Shown: in pieces, positions 34,381-44,422 of the stretch
Position numbering within the stretch: position 1 is the first letter of the stretch
Layout: every line of letters begins with the position of its first letter
DNA from: Bacteroidota bacterium
GTDB taxonomy: Bacteria; Bacteroidota; Bacteroidia; CAILMK01
Length of the DNA stretch: 64,000 bases
NCBI GenBank assembly: GCA_034440515.1
Contig: JAWXCF010000038.1
Location: 344 to 64,343, forward strand
Direction of reading: 5' to 3'
Notes under the pieces: model-generated
Database searches by the model: none
What the model was told of the DNA's origin: nothing
Seen by the model: only the letters and a program-made list of their open reading frames with translations
Translations under genes and position numbers: made by a program

Positions 34381-34900
34381 ACCCTTAGTTTTAGCCAGTT
34401 TCTACATTGCTGTACTTTTCATTATCGCTTTTAGTTTTAGTGCTTGCTCTACTTGCGGCTATAGTTTGAAAGGGGGTAGTTTAGATCCGGCTGCTGAAAA
34501 ACTTAAGGTAGATTTCTTTAATAACAGGGCAAGTCAAGTAAACCCAACGCTGAGTCAAATATTTACAGAAAAATTAAAAGACAAGTACTTAAGGGAAACT
34601 AGATTAAAACTAAACGTTGACGACCCTGATGTTTATTTAAGCGGTTATATAAGCAGTTATACCGTTGCACCAGTAGGTGTAGGTTCTAATGGTCAAGCAC
34701 AATCATCACGATTAACTATTGTAGTTCACGTGAAATATATGAGTAAACAAAACCCTAAATCTAACTTTGAGTCAGACATTACACAATTTACTGATTTCAA
34801 TGCAACTCAAAGTTTTTCTGCTGTTGAGGCAACCTTGGTAGATGATATTTGTAATAAACTAGTACAAGATATATTTAATAAGACAATTTTGGATTGGTAA
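34367..34900 (+). CDS. LptE-like lipoprotein (LPS-assembly lipoprotein family), hypothetical assignment
   Basis: 177 aa with a lipoprotein signal (…IIAFSFSAC). Its size and position (translationally overlapping the sigma-54 activator by 14 nt) match the Bacteroidetes LptE-like gene. This is weak sequence-only evidence. Confidence 0.45.
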   Translation: MTYNKPLVLASFYIAVLFIIAFSFSACSTCGYSLKGGSLDPAAEKLKVDFFNNRASQVNPTLSQIFTEKLKDKYLRETRLKLNVDDPDVYLSGYISSYTVAPVGVGSNGQAQSSRLTIVVHVKYMSKQNPKSNFESDITQFTDFNATQSFSAVEATLVDDICNKLVQDIFNKTILDW

Positions 34901-34904
34901 CAAT

Positions 34905-36299
34905 ATGAATACACAAAGACTACATCAGCTCATTTCCTCGCCTATGTTGTTGGAAATTAACACAGACCTACCCTATCTACAGCAATTGACTCAAGATTAT
35001 CCCTATTTTAATACAGGGCACAGTCTAATGGCAAAGTTGTTATATGATCAAAAAAATATTAAGTCTTCAGATTACGTTAAAAAAGCATCACTGTACTCCG
35101 GTGACAGAAGTGTTTTATATAATTTAATACAAACTTTAGAAATGGTAGAAGATGAAATCTTGGTTGACTTGCCAGAAATAGAACAACCTGCTGAGCCAGA
35201 AATAGAACAAGAACCTGCACCTACTATTCAGCCATTAATTCCTGAAATTCAACCTTTGGAACCAAACGAGAACCCTGAAATAGCGCCTAATCAACCTATA
35301 GAACCAGACACTTGGCAGGAACCTTCTACACAACCTCAAACAGAACCCAATCAACAACCTAGTCCTTTCCCATTTGGTGAGACAATACCAAATTTTAACC
35401 TTGATGAAATACTACTAGGATCTGGTGTAGAAACTGAAGAGGAAATAGTAAAAGAGGAACTAATAGAAGAATTAATACCCATTGAAGTAAATGAGTCTGG
35501 TAAAAAAGAGGAAGAAGCAGATGATAAAGGCAATAAACCAACTGAGCCACCACAAGATCCTGTAAACCCAGAAACAATACCAGAGCCAGAGCACCAGCAC
35601 AATCCTATGCTGCAACCTAGCGATGATGAAGAAGAAATAGATACCGTAAAAAATCAAGAAGTAAATAGAAACGAGGATGATTTATTAGCGCCAGAAGTAA
35701 ATGAACCTGTAAATACTTTTAACCAGAGACTGCTACCAATTGCTAGCTTTGACTACTTCGCTTTTCTAGATAAATCTGGAATGAAATTAAACAATAATGT
35801 TGATACTAAAATATACAAAGTAGGTAACCTGAATAAACAAGAAATTAAATTAGACTTCTACTCTTGGTTACAACTTACCCAAACCAAAAAAGAATGGGAA
35901 ACTTTACCCTCTGAAACACCACCAGAAAAAGGTAGTGGCGATAAGGAACAAAAGCCAAACTTAGAAAAAACACCAGATGCTCCACCAGCTCCTCATAAGG
36001 AAAACCAAAACGAAGAGGAAAAATCGTTCGATGCAAATGATATCCTAAATCATTTTATAGCTACAACTCCTAGAATTAGCCAAACCAAAAGAGCCATATA
36101 TAAAGCTGAAGATAAGGCTAGGGAAAGCGATAGAGAAGATACAAGCCTAGCAACTGAAACATTAGCAGAAATATACCTAAACCAAGGTATGCACGCAAAA
36201 GCAATAGAAATTTATGAAAAATTAAGCTTGCGATATCCAAATAAAAGCAGTTACTTTGAAGGTTTAATCGCTCAGATTAAAGATAAGACTTCAGTTTAA
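34905..36299 (+). CDS. Acidic Pro/Glu/Gln-rich protein with C-terminal TPR-like helix pair (hypothetical)
   Basis: 464 aa. The central 200 aa are low-complexity (PEIEQPAEPEIEQEPAPTIQPLIPEIQPLEPNENPEI…). The C-terminus reads …LAEIYLNQGMHAKAIEIYEKLSLRYPNKSSYFEGL…, which is TPR-like. Confidence 0.6.
   Translation: MNTQRLHQLISSPMLLEINTDLPYLQQLTQDYPYFNTGHSLMAKLLYDQKNIKSSDYVKKASLYSGDRSVLYNLIQTLEMVEDEILVDLPEIEQPAEPEIEQEPAPTIQPLIPEIQPLEPNENPEIAPNQPIEPDTWQEPSTQPQTEPNQQPSPFPFGETIPNFNLDEILLGSGVETEEEIVKEELIEELIPIEVNESGKKEEEADDKGNKPTEPPQDPVNPETIPEPEHQHNPMLQPSDDEEEIDTVKNQEVNRNEDDLLAPEVNEPVNTFNQRLLPIASFDYFAFLDKSGMKLNNNVDTKIYKVGNLNKQEIKLDFYSWLQLTQTKKEWETLPSETPPEKGSGDKEQKPNLEKTPDAPPAPHKENQNEEEKSFDANDILNHFIATTPRISQTKRAIYKAEDKARESDREDTSLATETLAEIYLNQGMHAKAIEIYEKLSLRYPNKSSYFEGLIAQIKDKTSV
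35171..35210 (+). repeat. Short tandem direct repeat inside the Pro/Glu-rich ORF
   Basis: GCCAGAAATAGAACAA occurs at 35171 and again at 35195 (period 24 nt), encoding PEIEQ…PEIEQ. Confidence 0.6.
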
Positions 36300-36677
36300 A
36301 TGTTCTACTTATTATTAGTTATTTTAATCATTGCCTGCATACTGCTGGTATTTATAATTTTAGCTCAAAATCCTAAAGGTGGTGGATTATCATCAATGGG
36401 TTCAGGGGCCTCAAATCTATTAGGTGCACGTCAAGCTGCTGACTTTTTAGAAAAAATGACTTGGTATTTCGGTATTGGGATAATCGTTGCAGTGGTGGGT
36501 ACTTACTTTTTAGGTGGTGGCAGCACTACGGCTACAGCTGAGGGTGAAAAAGGCCCAGCTAAAACTTTTAAAGTAAGAGAAAACAATGGCTATATGCCAT
36601 CTGGTATTAATACCAAAACACCTACTACACAACCTGCACCTGGTCAAACTGCACCTCAATCAGAGCCTGCTAAATAA
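36300..36677 (+). CDS. secG: Preprotein translocase subunit SecG
   Basis: 125 aa with an N-terminal TM helix followed by LAQNPKGGGLSSMGSG, the SecG signature (QxxKGxGL). A second TM helix follows. Confidence 0.85.
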   Translation: MFYLLLVILIIACILLVFIILAQNPKGGGLSSMGSGASNLLGARQAADFLEKMTWYFGIGIIVAVVGTYFLGGGSTTATAEGEKGPAKTFKVRENNGYMPSGINTKTPTTQPAPGQTAPQSEPAK

Positions 36678-36702
36678 TAATATTAATTAACTACAAATTA
36701 TG

Positions 36703-36733
36703 AAAGCCCAAGACTTTGTCTTGGGCTTTTTTT
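36703..36733 (+). terminator. Rho-independent terminator after secG
   Basis: AAAGCCCAAGAC-ttt-GTCTTGGGCTTT is a perfect 12-bp stem followed by T7. Confidence 0.75.
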
Positions 36734-36886
36734 ATGCGCCATTAGTCTGCCAATTTTTCACTTCATTTCACGCATTTATGACAAATGAATTGACTAATCG
36801 GGTAAAAAAGAAAGCCAAATTTTCAATGGCATAATCTGTGATTATTGCCAATTGAAAACATTAACACATAATTTTTTACATAGCAA

Positions 36887-37177
36887 ATGAGTATTAACCT
36901 AAAGCCACTGGCTGACAGAGTATTAATTAAACCTGCAGCGGCAGAAGAAACAACTAAATCAGGTATCATCATTCCAGATACTGCGAAAGAAAAACCTATG
37001 CAAGGGGAGGTAATAGCAGCTGGCAATGGTAAAGTAGCAGAAGATGGTAAAGTATCTCCTCTTACTGTAAAAGTTGGTGACAGAGTATTGTATGGTAAAT
37101 ATGCTGGCACAGAAATGAATTTCGAAGGAGAAGACTACCTAATTATGCGTGAGTCTGACATTTTCGGCATTATCTAG
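36887..37177 (+). CDS. groES: Co-chaperonin GroES
   Basis: 96 aa, [37 protein letters not shown]…, a canonical GroES. Confidence 0.96.
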   Translation: MSINLKPLADRVLIKPAAAEETTKSGIIIPDTAKEKPMQGEVIAAGNGKVAEDGKVSPLTVKVGDRVLYGKYAGTEMNFEGEDYLIMRESDIFGII

Positions 37178-37239
37178 TCTAGTACGCTTAAGCGACCCAA
37201 AATCAATCACAACAATTTTTCACTTAACATTTCAAATAA

Positions 37240-38886
<1,647 letters not shown>

Positions 38887-38915
38887 TCATTACTGATTAA
38901 TCCGTTATATTACAA

Positions 38916-38952
38916 CCCGGTAGAGAGAAATTTCTATCGGGTTTTTTATTTT
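38916..38952 (+). terminator. Rho-independent terminator after groEL
   Basis: CCCGGTAGA…TCTATCGGG is a 9-bp stem with one G·U. It is followed by TTTTTTATTTT. Confidence 0.65.
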
Positions 38953-39215
38953 GTAAAATTTTAAATTCATTCCCAAGATATTTGAAAGTAGCTGATTTCA
39001 ACTTAAAATTAATTTTGTTGATTCTAAATACTTGAAGTTATCGTAAATAGTGGGACAGAAATGCTAAATTTTACATACATAAATTCTCAATTTCAAAATC
39101 AAAGCCTAAGAAAGGCAACTAACGAAAATGATATCTATATCAACTTACTTTGCATCAACTTTACTCGTTTACAATTAATAGTCAATCATACCACAGCTTG
39201 AATATATTTCTATTA

Positions 39216-39776
39216 ATGAATTTAAGTAATACTCAAAAATATTTGGGGTGTTTGGTGGTCATTTGTATTTTATTTACCTCGTGCAACAGGTATAAAATGC
39301 AATCATCTAATTCATATAGAAACTATGCTGGTTCACAATTGGTGATTCAAAAAATAGATTCAAATAGAGTACATCAAAGTGTTGAAAATCAAACATACTC
39401 AACATATCAGCTAAAAATAAATAAACCTAATAAGCCAATTTCACCCAAACTAATTACGAGTAAGTTTACCAAACAAATAGATAAAGTTAATGTGCTTCAA
39501 GCTTATATACCAAATGTTGAAGTTAAAAAAATTGAGAAAGAACCGAAATCTTGGTTATACTATTGTGGAGCTAGTATTATATTGTACGTTTTGTCAATTT
39601 TAGTTCAAATTATTTCTTTCAGTACTTTTGCCTTAGTAATAGGTTTATTATTATCACTCGCTAGCACTGCATTTTGCATAGTAGGAATTGTTCACCTGTC
39701 TAAAGTTAATAAAAATCCTAATAAAAAGAAAGAAATAGAAAGAGATAAGAAACGTGAAGACATAGATATTTATTAA
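39216..39776 (+). CDS. Paralog family member A: lipoprotein-signal protein with C-terminal two-TM hairpin and charged tail (hypothetical)
   Basis: The ATG at 39216 gives the signal MNLSNTQKYLGCLVVICILFTSC (lipobox FTSC). It has the conserved motif GSQLVIQKIDSN, a K/N/T-rich variable middle and two hydrophobic helices (ASIILYVLSILVQIISF / ALVIGLLLSLASTAFCIVGIVHL). The tail is KKKEIERDKKREDIDIY. Confidence 0.6.
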   Translation: MNLSNTQKYLGCLVVICILFTSCNRYKMQSSNSYRNYAGSQLVIQKIDSNRVHQSVENQTYSTYQLKINKPNKPISPKLITSKFTKQIDKVNVLQAYIPNVEVKKIEKEPKSWLYYCGASIILYVLSILVQIISFSTFALVIGLLLSLASTAFCIVGIVHLSKVNKNPNKKKEIERDKKREDIDIY

Positions 39777-39785
39777 TATTAATTT

Positions 39786-40376
39786 ATGAATTCAAACCCA
39801 CCAATTATGATAAAATCATACTTAAAATATCCTTACTTACTCGTTTGCTTTGCATTTATGCTTGCTTTATTTTCATCGTGTAATAGGTATAAAATGCAGC
39901 CTACAGGTTCATCTAAAAACTATGTTGGCTCACAATTGGTGATTCAAAAAATAGATTCGAATAGTGCAGCTCAAATTGTTGAAATACAATCAAGCACAAC
40001 ATCTCATCAAAAAGTAAACACTCCGAATAACATAATACGCCATCAAAGAATTGCGGCCAAGTTTACCAAAAAAATGAGTAAGGTAGATGGCATTGATGTA
40101 ATTATGCCGAAAGTTGTTTTAAAGAAAAATCGGAATGAGCCAAAATCTTGGATATTTTATTGTGGTGGTAGTACTGTTTTGTTATTTTTAGCTTCGGTGA
40201 TTCAATCTACATTTTTTAATGTTCCCGTTTTGGTTTTTTTGTCCGTAATAATATACCTAATAAGTATTGCATTTTGTATTATCGGCATCGTTCATTTAGG
40301 AAACCCTAGTAGATATTCAACCAAAAAGAAAGAAATAGAAAAAGATAAGAAACGTGAAGACATTGACATTTATTAA
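39786..40376 (+). CDS. Paralog family member B (same architecture as A)
   Basis: The lipobox LFSSC is followed by NRYKMQ…GSQLVIQKIDSN. The C-terminal two-TM hairpin is followed by KKKEIEKDKKREDIDIY. The nucleotide termini are near-identical to paralog A. Confidence 0.6.
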   Translation: MNSNPPIMIKSYLKYPYLLVCFAFMLALFSSCNRYKMQPTGSSKNYVGSQLVIQKIDSNSAAQIVEIQSSTTSHQKVNTPNNIIRHQRIAAKFTKKMSKVDGIDVIMPKVVLKKNRNEPKSWIFYCGGSTVLLFLASVIQSTFFNVPVLVFLSVIIYLISIAFCIIGIVHLGNPSRYSTKKKEIEKDKKREDIDIY

Positions 40377-40405
40377 TATTGGATTTTTGAAATCAAATTC
40401 AAAAA

Positions 40406-41023
40406 ATGTCAAAATCAAGGGTAAAGAATGTCGTTCTATTTGTAGGCATATCAATGATGTTCGTTATACTATCTTCTTGCAATATGTCACATCAACATAT
40501 TGTGGCTAATAAGTCTTATGTAAATTCTCAGTTAGTAATTTGTAAACGCTCGCCTAGTATTACTATTAGTACTATAGTGGTATCGTAGAATGTAACTAGA
40601 GAAGATAATAAATATGTTAGGCACAACCAAAAGCAACTCCTAAAAAAAACAAAGCAGAAGGCTATTACTGTTACACAGTTTGTTGCAAGACAAATGGCTA
40701 TTACAAAACTTAATAATCATACATCAAGCATTACGATTAATGACAATTCTGCAATTAAATTTATTATATTAGCGCTGCTTATTTATTTATGCTATTAGGG
40801 AAAACAACAAATTCTAACACAATAGTTTATAAAATCTAAGCACAAACATAGCCTAGTGAAAGCCAACTTTGTTAAATATTTTGTTGCACCCAAACTACAT
40901 AATTACATCGCTAATAAACAGATTAATGCGAATCCGTCTACTGGTGATTATGGCAGCAGTAATATTAAAAAGTTAGAATCAATTAGAGACAAAGAACAAG
41001 GACAGGAAATACCAGTAGATTAA
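40406..41023 (+). pseudogene. Frameshifted/degraded paralog of the same family
   Basis: A 60-aa N-terminal ORF (signal + ILSSC + …SYVNSQLVICK) terminates early. Downstream, other frames encode a TM-like remnant (…SSITINDNSAIKFIILALLIYLCY) and the charged tail KKLESIRDKEQGQEIPVD* ending at TAA 41021-41023. Confidence 0.5.
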
Positions 41024-41064
41024 TTGCATTAGCAGTAAAGAATTATAGTATTATCTAGTTTGAT

Positions 41065-41703
41065 TTGTCCACTTATTATCTAAATTCGAATTTAAACCCA
41101 CAATGTGTGACAGTTTCTAAATTAAAATACTACTTGTTCCTGAGTTTAATATTAATACTTGGGGTTTTTTCTTCTTGCAAAACGTCACAACATATTGAAG
41201 CTAAAAAATCTTACATAAATTCAAAGTTAGTTATTAGCAATCCTACACCAACTAATGTCCAAAATGATGTGGTGGTTAGGGAATATGTATCTATTGTAGG
41301 GAAAAAGTGTAAAGAGCCTAACCCATTAAAAAAGCTAGAAAGAACTAAACAGAGTATTAATTCAGCCAAACACAATGCAGGAAAATGCTTTAAAAAACCA
41401 CAGTTACCCACATATACTGCTAGTAAAAAACTTAATAGAAATCCATCATCTCCTACTTATATTACTGCAATAATATTTCTAGTATTTGCCATTGCTAGTT
41501 TTATAATATCAGCTAGCTTAGATTTTGATTTTGTTGCTTCAATTGCTTTTGTAGTTATTGGTATCTGTTTGCTTCTCATATCTGGTGTAATATTATTAGC
41601 AGGTATCATTTTAGATTTAACTTATATATCTGACAGTAAAAAACAGAAAAAAATTGACTTACAAAAAGAAAGCGAACAAGATAATGAAATACCAAGAGAC
41701 TAA
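41065..41703 (+). CDS. Paralog family member C
   Basis: Non-ATG start (TTG at 41065, or GTG at 41107 giving the signal TVSKLKYYLFLSLILILGVFSSC). It has the motifs …KKSYINSKLVISN… and a C-terminal two-TM hairpin. The tail KKIDLQKESEQDNEIPRD parallels the pseudogene tail. Confidence 0.55.
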   Translation: MSTYYLNSNLNPQCVTVSKLKYYLFLSLILILGVFSSCKTSQHIEAKKSYINSKLVISNPTPTNVQNDVVVREYVSIVGKKCKEPNPLKKLERTKQSINSAKHNAGKCFKKPQLPTYTASKKLNRNPSSPTYITAIIFLVFAIASFIISASLDFDFVASIAFVVIGICLLLISGVILLAGIILDLTYISDSKKQKKIDLQKESEQDNEIPRD

Positions 41704-41757
41704 ATAAATTTAGAAGTTGGGCAATTTGTGACTTGATTTATATGATTTATGCTTTAA

Positions 41758-42402
41758 AACCTAAATGTAAGTTCTTACAAAAAATATAAGACTAAATCAA
41801 AAATAAAATATTATTACATACACATTATCACAATATTGACGTTTAGTTTATTGTCAACTTGCAGTAAGTCAAATCAACAATCTATTGCAAATAATTCAAA
41901 TGTAAATTCTCAAATAGTAATTATCAACATTGTACCTACCATTGCCTTTAATCCAATGGATGTTCAGAGAAATTTAATTTAAATCCGATTGATATAAGGA
42001 GCCGATTCCATTAGAAAAACTGAAAAAAATCGAGGCAAAAACCTAAAGTAGCTAAATACAAATTAGTTAAGCAACTAAATATTCCGCAAATGCATACTTG
42101 TATAACACAAAAAAAAGTATAGAAATCGCTCAAGGGGTTTCTACATTGCTGTAGGAATTTTAAATGCAACTGCAATATCTTGTTTTATTGTATCCGTATT
42201 TGCACAAAATGACCAACTTTCATTTGTTTCTGTTATGGTAGGTTTTTCCTTATTAATTCTCTCTGCACCATCATTTATTATTGCTGTAATTGTAGATATA
42301 ATCTACCAATCACAAAATAAAGAAAAGAAGACAAAGCTTAATAAGCAAAAAGAGAAAAAACCAGAAATGGTGATAAAGAAAATCAATTTTCAAAAACTAT
42401 AA
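41758..42402 (+). pseudogene. Degraded paralog: N-terminal remnant (41758-41982) and C-terminal remnant (42106-42402) separated by disrupted middle
   Basis: The N-terminal remnant has no ATG and reads …ITILTFSLLSTCSKSNQQSIANNSNVNSQIVIINIVPT…* (signal + lipobox + SQIVI motif). The C-terminal remnant reads …GFYIAVGILNATAISCFIVSVF…MVGFSLLILSAPSFIIAVIVDIIYQSQNKEKKTKLNKQKEKKPEMVIKKINFQKL* (two-TM hairpin + charged tail). Confidence 0.45.
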
Positions 42403-42539
42403 CAAAATCAGCATATACTTATTTAACCTTTACAAACAAAATATTATGTTTTACAAACATTTAGCACAGAGTTAATTATTGATAGCTAGATGAAACTAAA
42501 TTTGTAGCAGTCACAATTAAGATTTACTTAATTAAAGCA

Positions 42540-43151
42540 ATGAAATATAATAGAATTTTACCCATCATTAGTTCTATAGCCATAATTTTCCTATTTACGG
42601 CTTGTAGTAAAACTAACTATTATAGCAACCAAGTATTGGTACCTGCTTCACAGTTGCTAATTCACACTCAAACCGAATATCAGGATAAGATTAATGAGAA
42701 AACGGTTTTTATTATAACTGAAGCAGCTCCTATTAAAAAAAGCAATGTTTGTAAAACTGAAATAAAAAGGAAACAAGTTCGCCAAGCAAAATTAGTAGCA
42801 CAAAAAAAGATAATTCGACAAAAATTAGCTAAATCTAGTATGTATTTACCTAAATTAATTACTTATAAATCTAACACTGCAGGTAAAGCTCCCTGGTGGT
42901 TTAATATATTAACCTTACTTACTGTAGCTGTATTTATATTTGGAATAGCTGTCACATTTGAATATAATATTCCTGGTTATGAACTAACCATTCAAGAGGG
43001 ACTTAAAGTAATGGTATTAGGTTTAATTCTAATAGCTATTATGCTATTAATATATGTAGCAAGTTATGCTAAGTCTGACAGGGCAAAATATCAAGATGAA
43101 TATATGCCACAAAACAATAACCAACAGCAACAAAAAGACTATATGAAATAG
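42540..43151 (+). CDS. Paralog family member D (divergent)
   Basis: The signal MKYNRILPIISSIAIIFLFTAC (lipobox FTAC) is followed by …ASQLLIHTQ… and a K-rich middle. Two TM helices (WWFNILTLLTVAVFIFGIAV / VMVLGLILIAIMLLIYVASYA) precede the polar tail …NNNQQQQKDYMK. Confidence 0.55.
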   Translation: MKYNRILPIISSIAIIFLFTACSKTNYYSNQVLVPASQLLIHTQTEYQDKINEKTVFIITEAAPIKKSNVCKTEIKRKQVRQAKLVAQKKIIRQKLAKSSMYLPKLITYKSNTAGKAPWWFNILTLLTVAVFIFGIAVTFEYNIPGYELTIQEGLKVMVLGLILIAIMLLIYVASYAKSDRAKYQDEYMPQNNNQQQQKDYMK

Positions 43152-43152
43152 T

Positions 43153-44322
43153 CTATTTCTCTGGATAAATCAGGTATTTTAGTCTAATTTTTTTGTATTT
43201 GTATATTCCAAGTTGCCAAGACTCGCGAATTTGCTTTGCATCTTTACCGGCTATAATCATTTGTCTAATACTAGCCGTGCCTGCTAATTTGTCAAAGAAT
43301 GAATTAAAAAATGCATCCTTTTTAACATCATTTTTATAAAAACCAATTAAAAAGTCTAGATACAATTGATTGTTGAACCTAATAAATTGCATTGCAAAAT
43401 CTTTGAGCAAGAAACCATTGCATTCAACATTAAGGTAAGGTGGATTCTCTGCCCTACCCTTTATAACTCTAGGGGTAAAGCTATAATTTCCTGCAGCGAA
43501 TTTCGGTACACCAATACATTCAAAGGCTTGATCAGTACCTCTACCCACACTTACATTAGTTCCTTCAAATAGGCAAAGACTCGGGTATAGATATACAGAT
43601 TCTAAGCTTCTAAGGTTTGGTGATGGTGGTATGGGACTATTATAAGCCATACTGTGATTATAGCCTGTACAAGGAATTACGATTAATTTACATTGCTTTT
43701 TCTTATCTAGCCATTTCTCTCCATTTATCATTTTTGCCATTTCTGCTAGGGTGCATCCATATACTATAGGTATCGGGTGTAAGCCTACGAAACTCTTATA
43801 TTTAGACTCAAGTATAGGCCCATCTATATAGAATGCATTAGGGTTTGGTCTATCTAGCAACAATAGTGGTTTTTTATTATCAGCACAGGCCTGCATTACA
43901 TAGTGTAGGGTACTTAAATAGGTATAGAATCTAGTACCTACATCCTGCACATCAAATACTAGAATATCTATCTTAGCCATATCCTGAACTGTAGGCATAT
44001 AGTTTTTACCATATAAACTCACTATTTCTACACCTGTTGCCTTATCTACAGTTGAATTAATGTGTGCCCCAGCTTCTGCATCGCCACGAAATCCGTGTTC
44101 TGGTGCAAATATTTTCACGATATTTATCCCCAATCTACTTAATGTATCTACGAGGTGCATATCTCCAATCATACTGGTTTGGTTTACTACTACCCCTACC
44201 CGCTTACCTTGCAATGTGTTGATATACTTATCTATCTGTTCATCGCCTAGCTTTAATTGTCCAAGTGCTATTGTTGATGAAATTAGAAATAAGCATAGAA
44301 TGAAGTATTTAAAATGAAGCAT
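43153..44322 (-). CDS. DUF1343 / NamZ-like exo-N-acetylmuramidase family protein, secreted
   Basis: The ORF track begins at a TTG (44337). The ATG at 44320-44322 gives the signal MLHFKYFILCLFLISSTIALGQ. About 390 aa, with an LLLDRPNPN-containing core remembered as characteristic of DUF1343. Confidence 0.5.
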   Translation of the reverse strand: MLHFKYFILCLFLISSTIALGQLKLGDEQIDKYINTLQGKRVGVVVNQTSMIGDMHLVDTLSRLGINIVKIFAPEHGFRGDAEAGAHINSTVDKATGVEIVSLYGKNYMPTVQDMAKIDILVFDVQDVGTRFYTYLSTLHYVMQACADNKKPLLLLDRPNPNAFYIDGPILESKYKSFVGLHPIPIVYGCTLAEMAKMINGEKWLDKKKQCKLIVIPCTGYNHSMAYNSPIPPSPNLRSLESVYLYPSLCLFEGTNVSVGRGTDQAFECIGVPKFAAGNYSFTPRVIKGRAENPPYLNVECNGFLLKDFAMQFIRFNNQLYLDFLIGFYKNDVKKDAFFNSFFDKLAGTASIRQMIIAGKDAKQIRESWQLGIYKYKKIRLKYLIYPEK

Positions 44323-44422
44323 AAATGATAACGACAAATAATAAGATGCAATAATATTACAGAATGGGTGTCACATTGCCGTAAAAGTCAATAATATTGC
44401 CAAGGTGAATATGGGACTTTTT

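Noticed and set aside
35351-35657. Three overlapping minus-strand ORFs inside the Pro/Glu-rich gene
   Set aside because: They are reverse readings of a low-complexity repeat region and all overlap one another. The plus-strand ORF with an ATG start is the coherent one.
42106-42402. Independent small gene encoding a two-TM peptide
   Set aside because: It has no plausible start codon before the first TM helix. The sequence aligns with the C-terminal portion of the neighbouring paralog family, so it is better explained as a gene remnant.
39000-43200. Possible CRISPR array or other regular direct-repeat array in the AT-rich 39-43 kb region
   Set aside because: The repeated units are whole genes or gene fragments of differing length and sequence, not short identical repeats with unique spacers. 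No cas genes are present.
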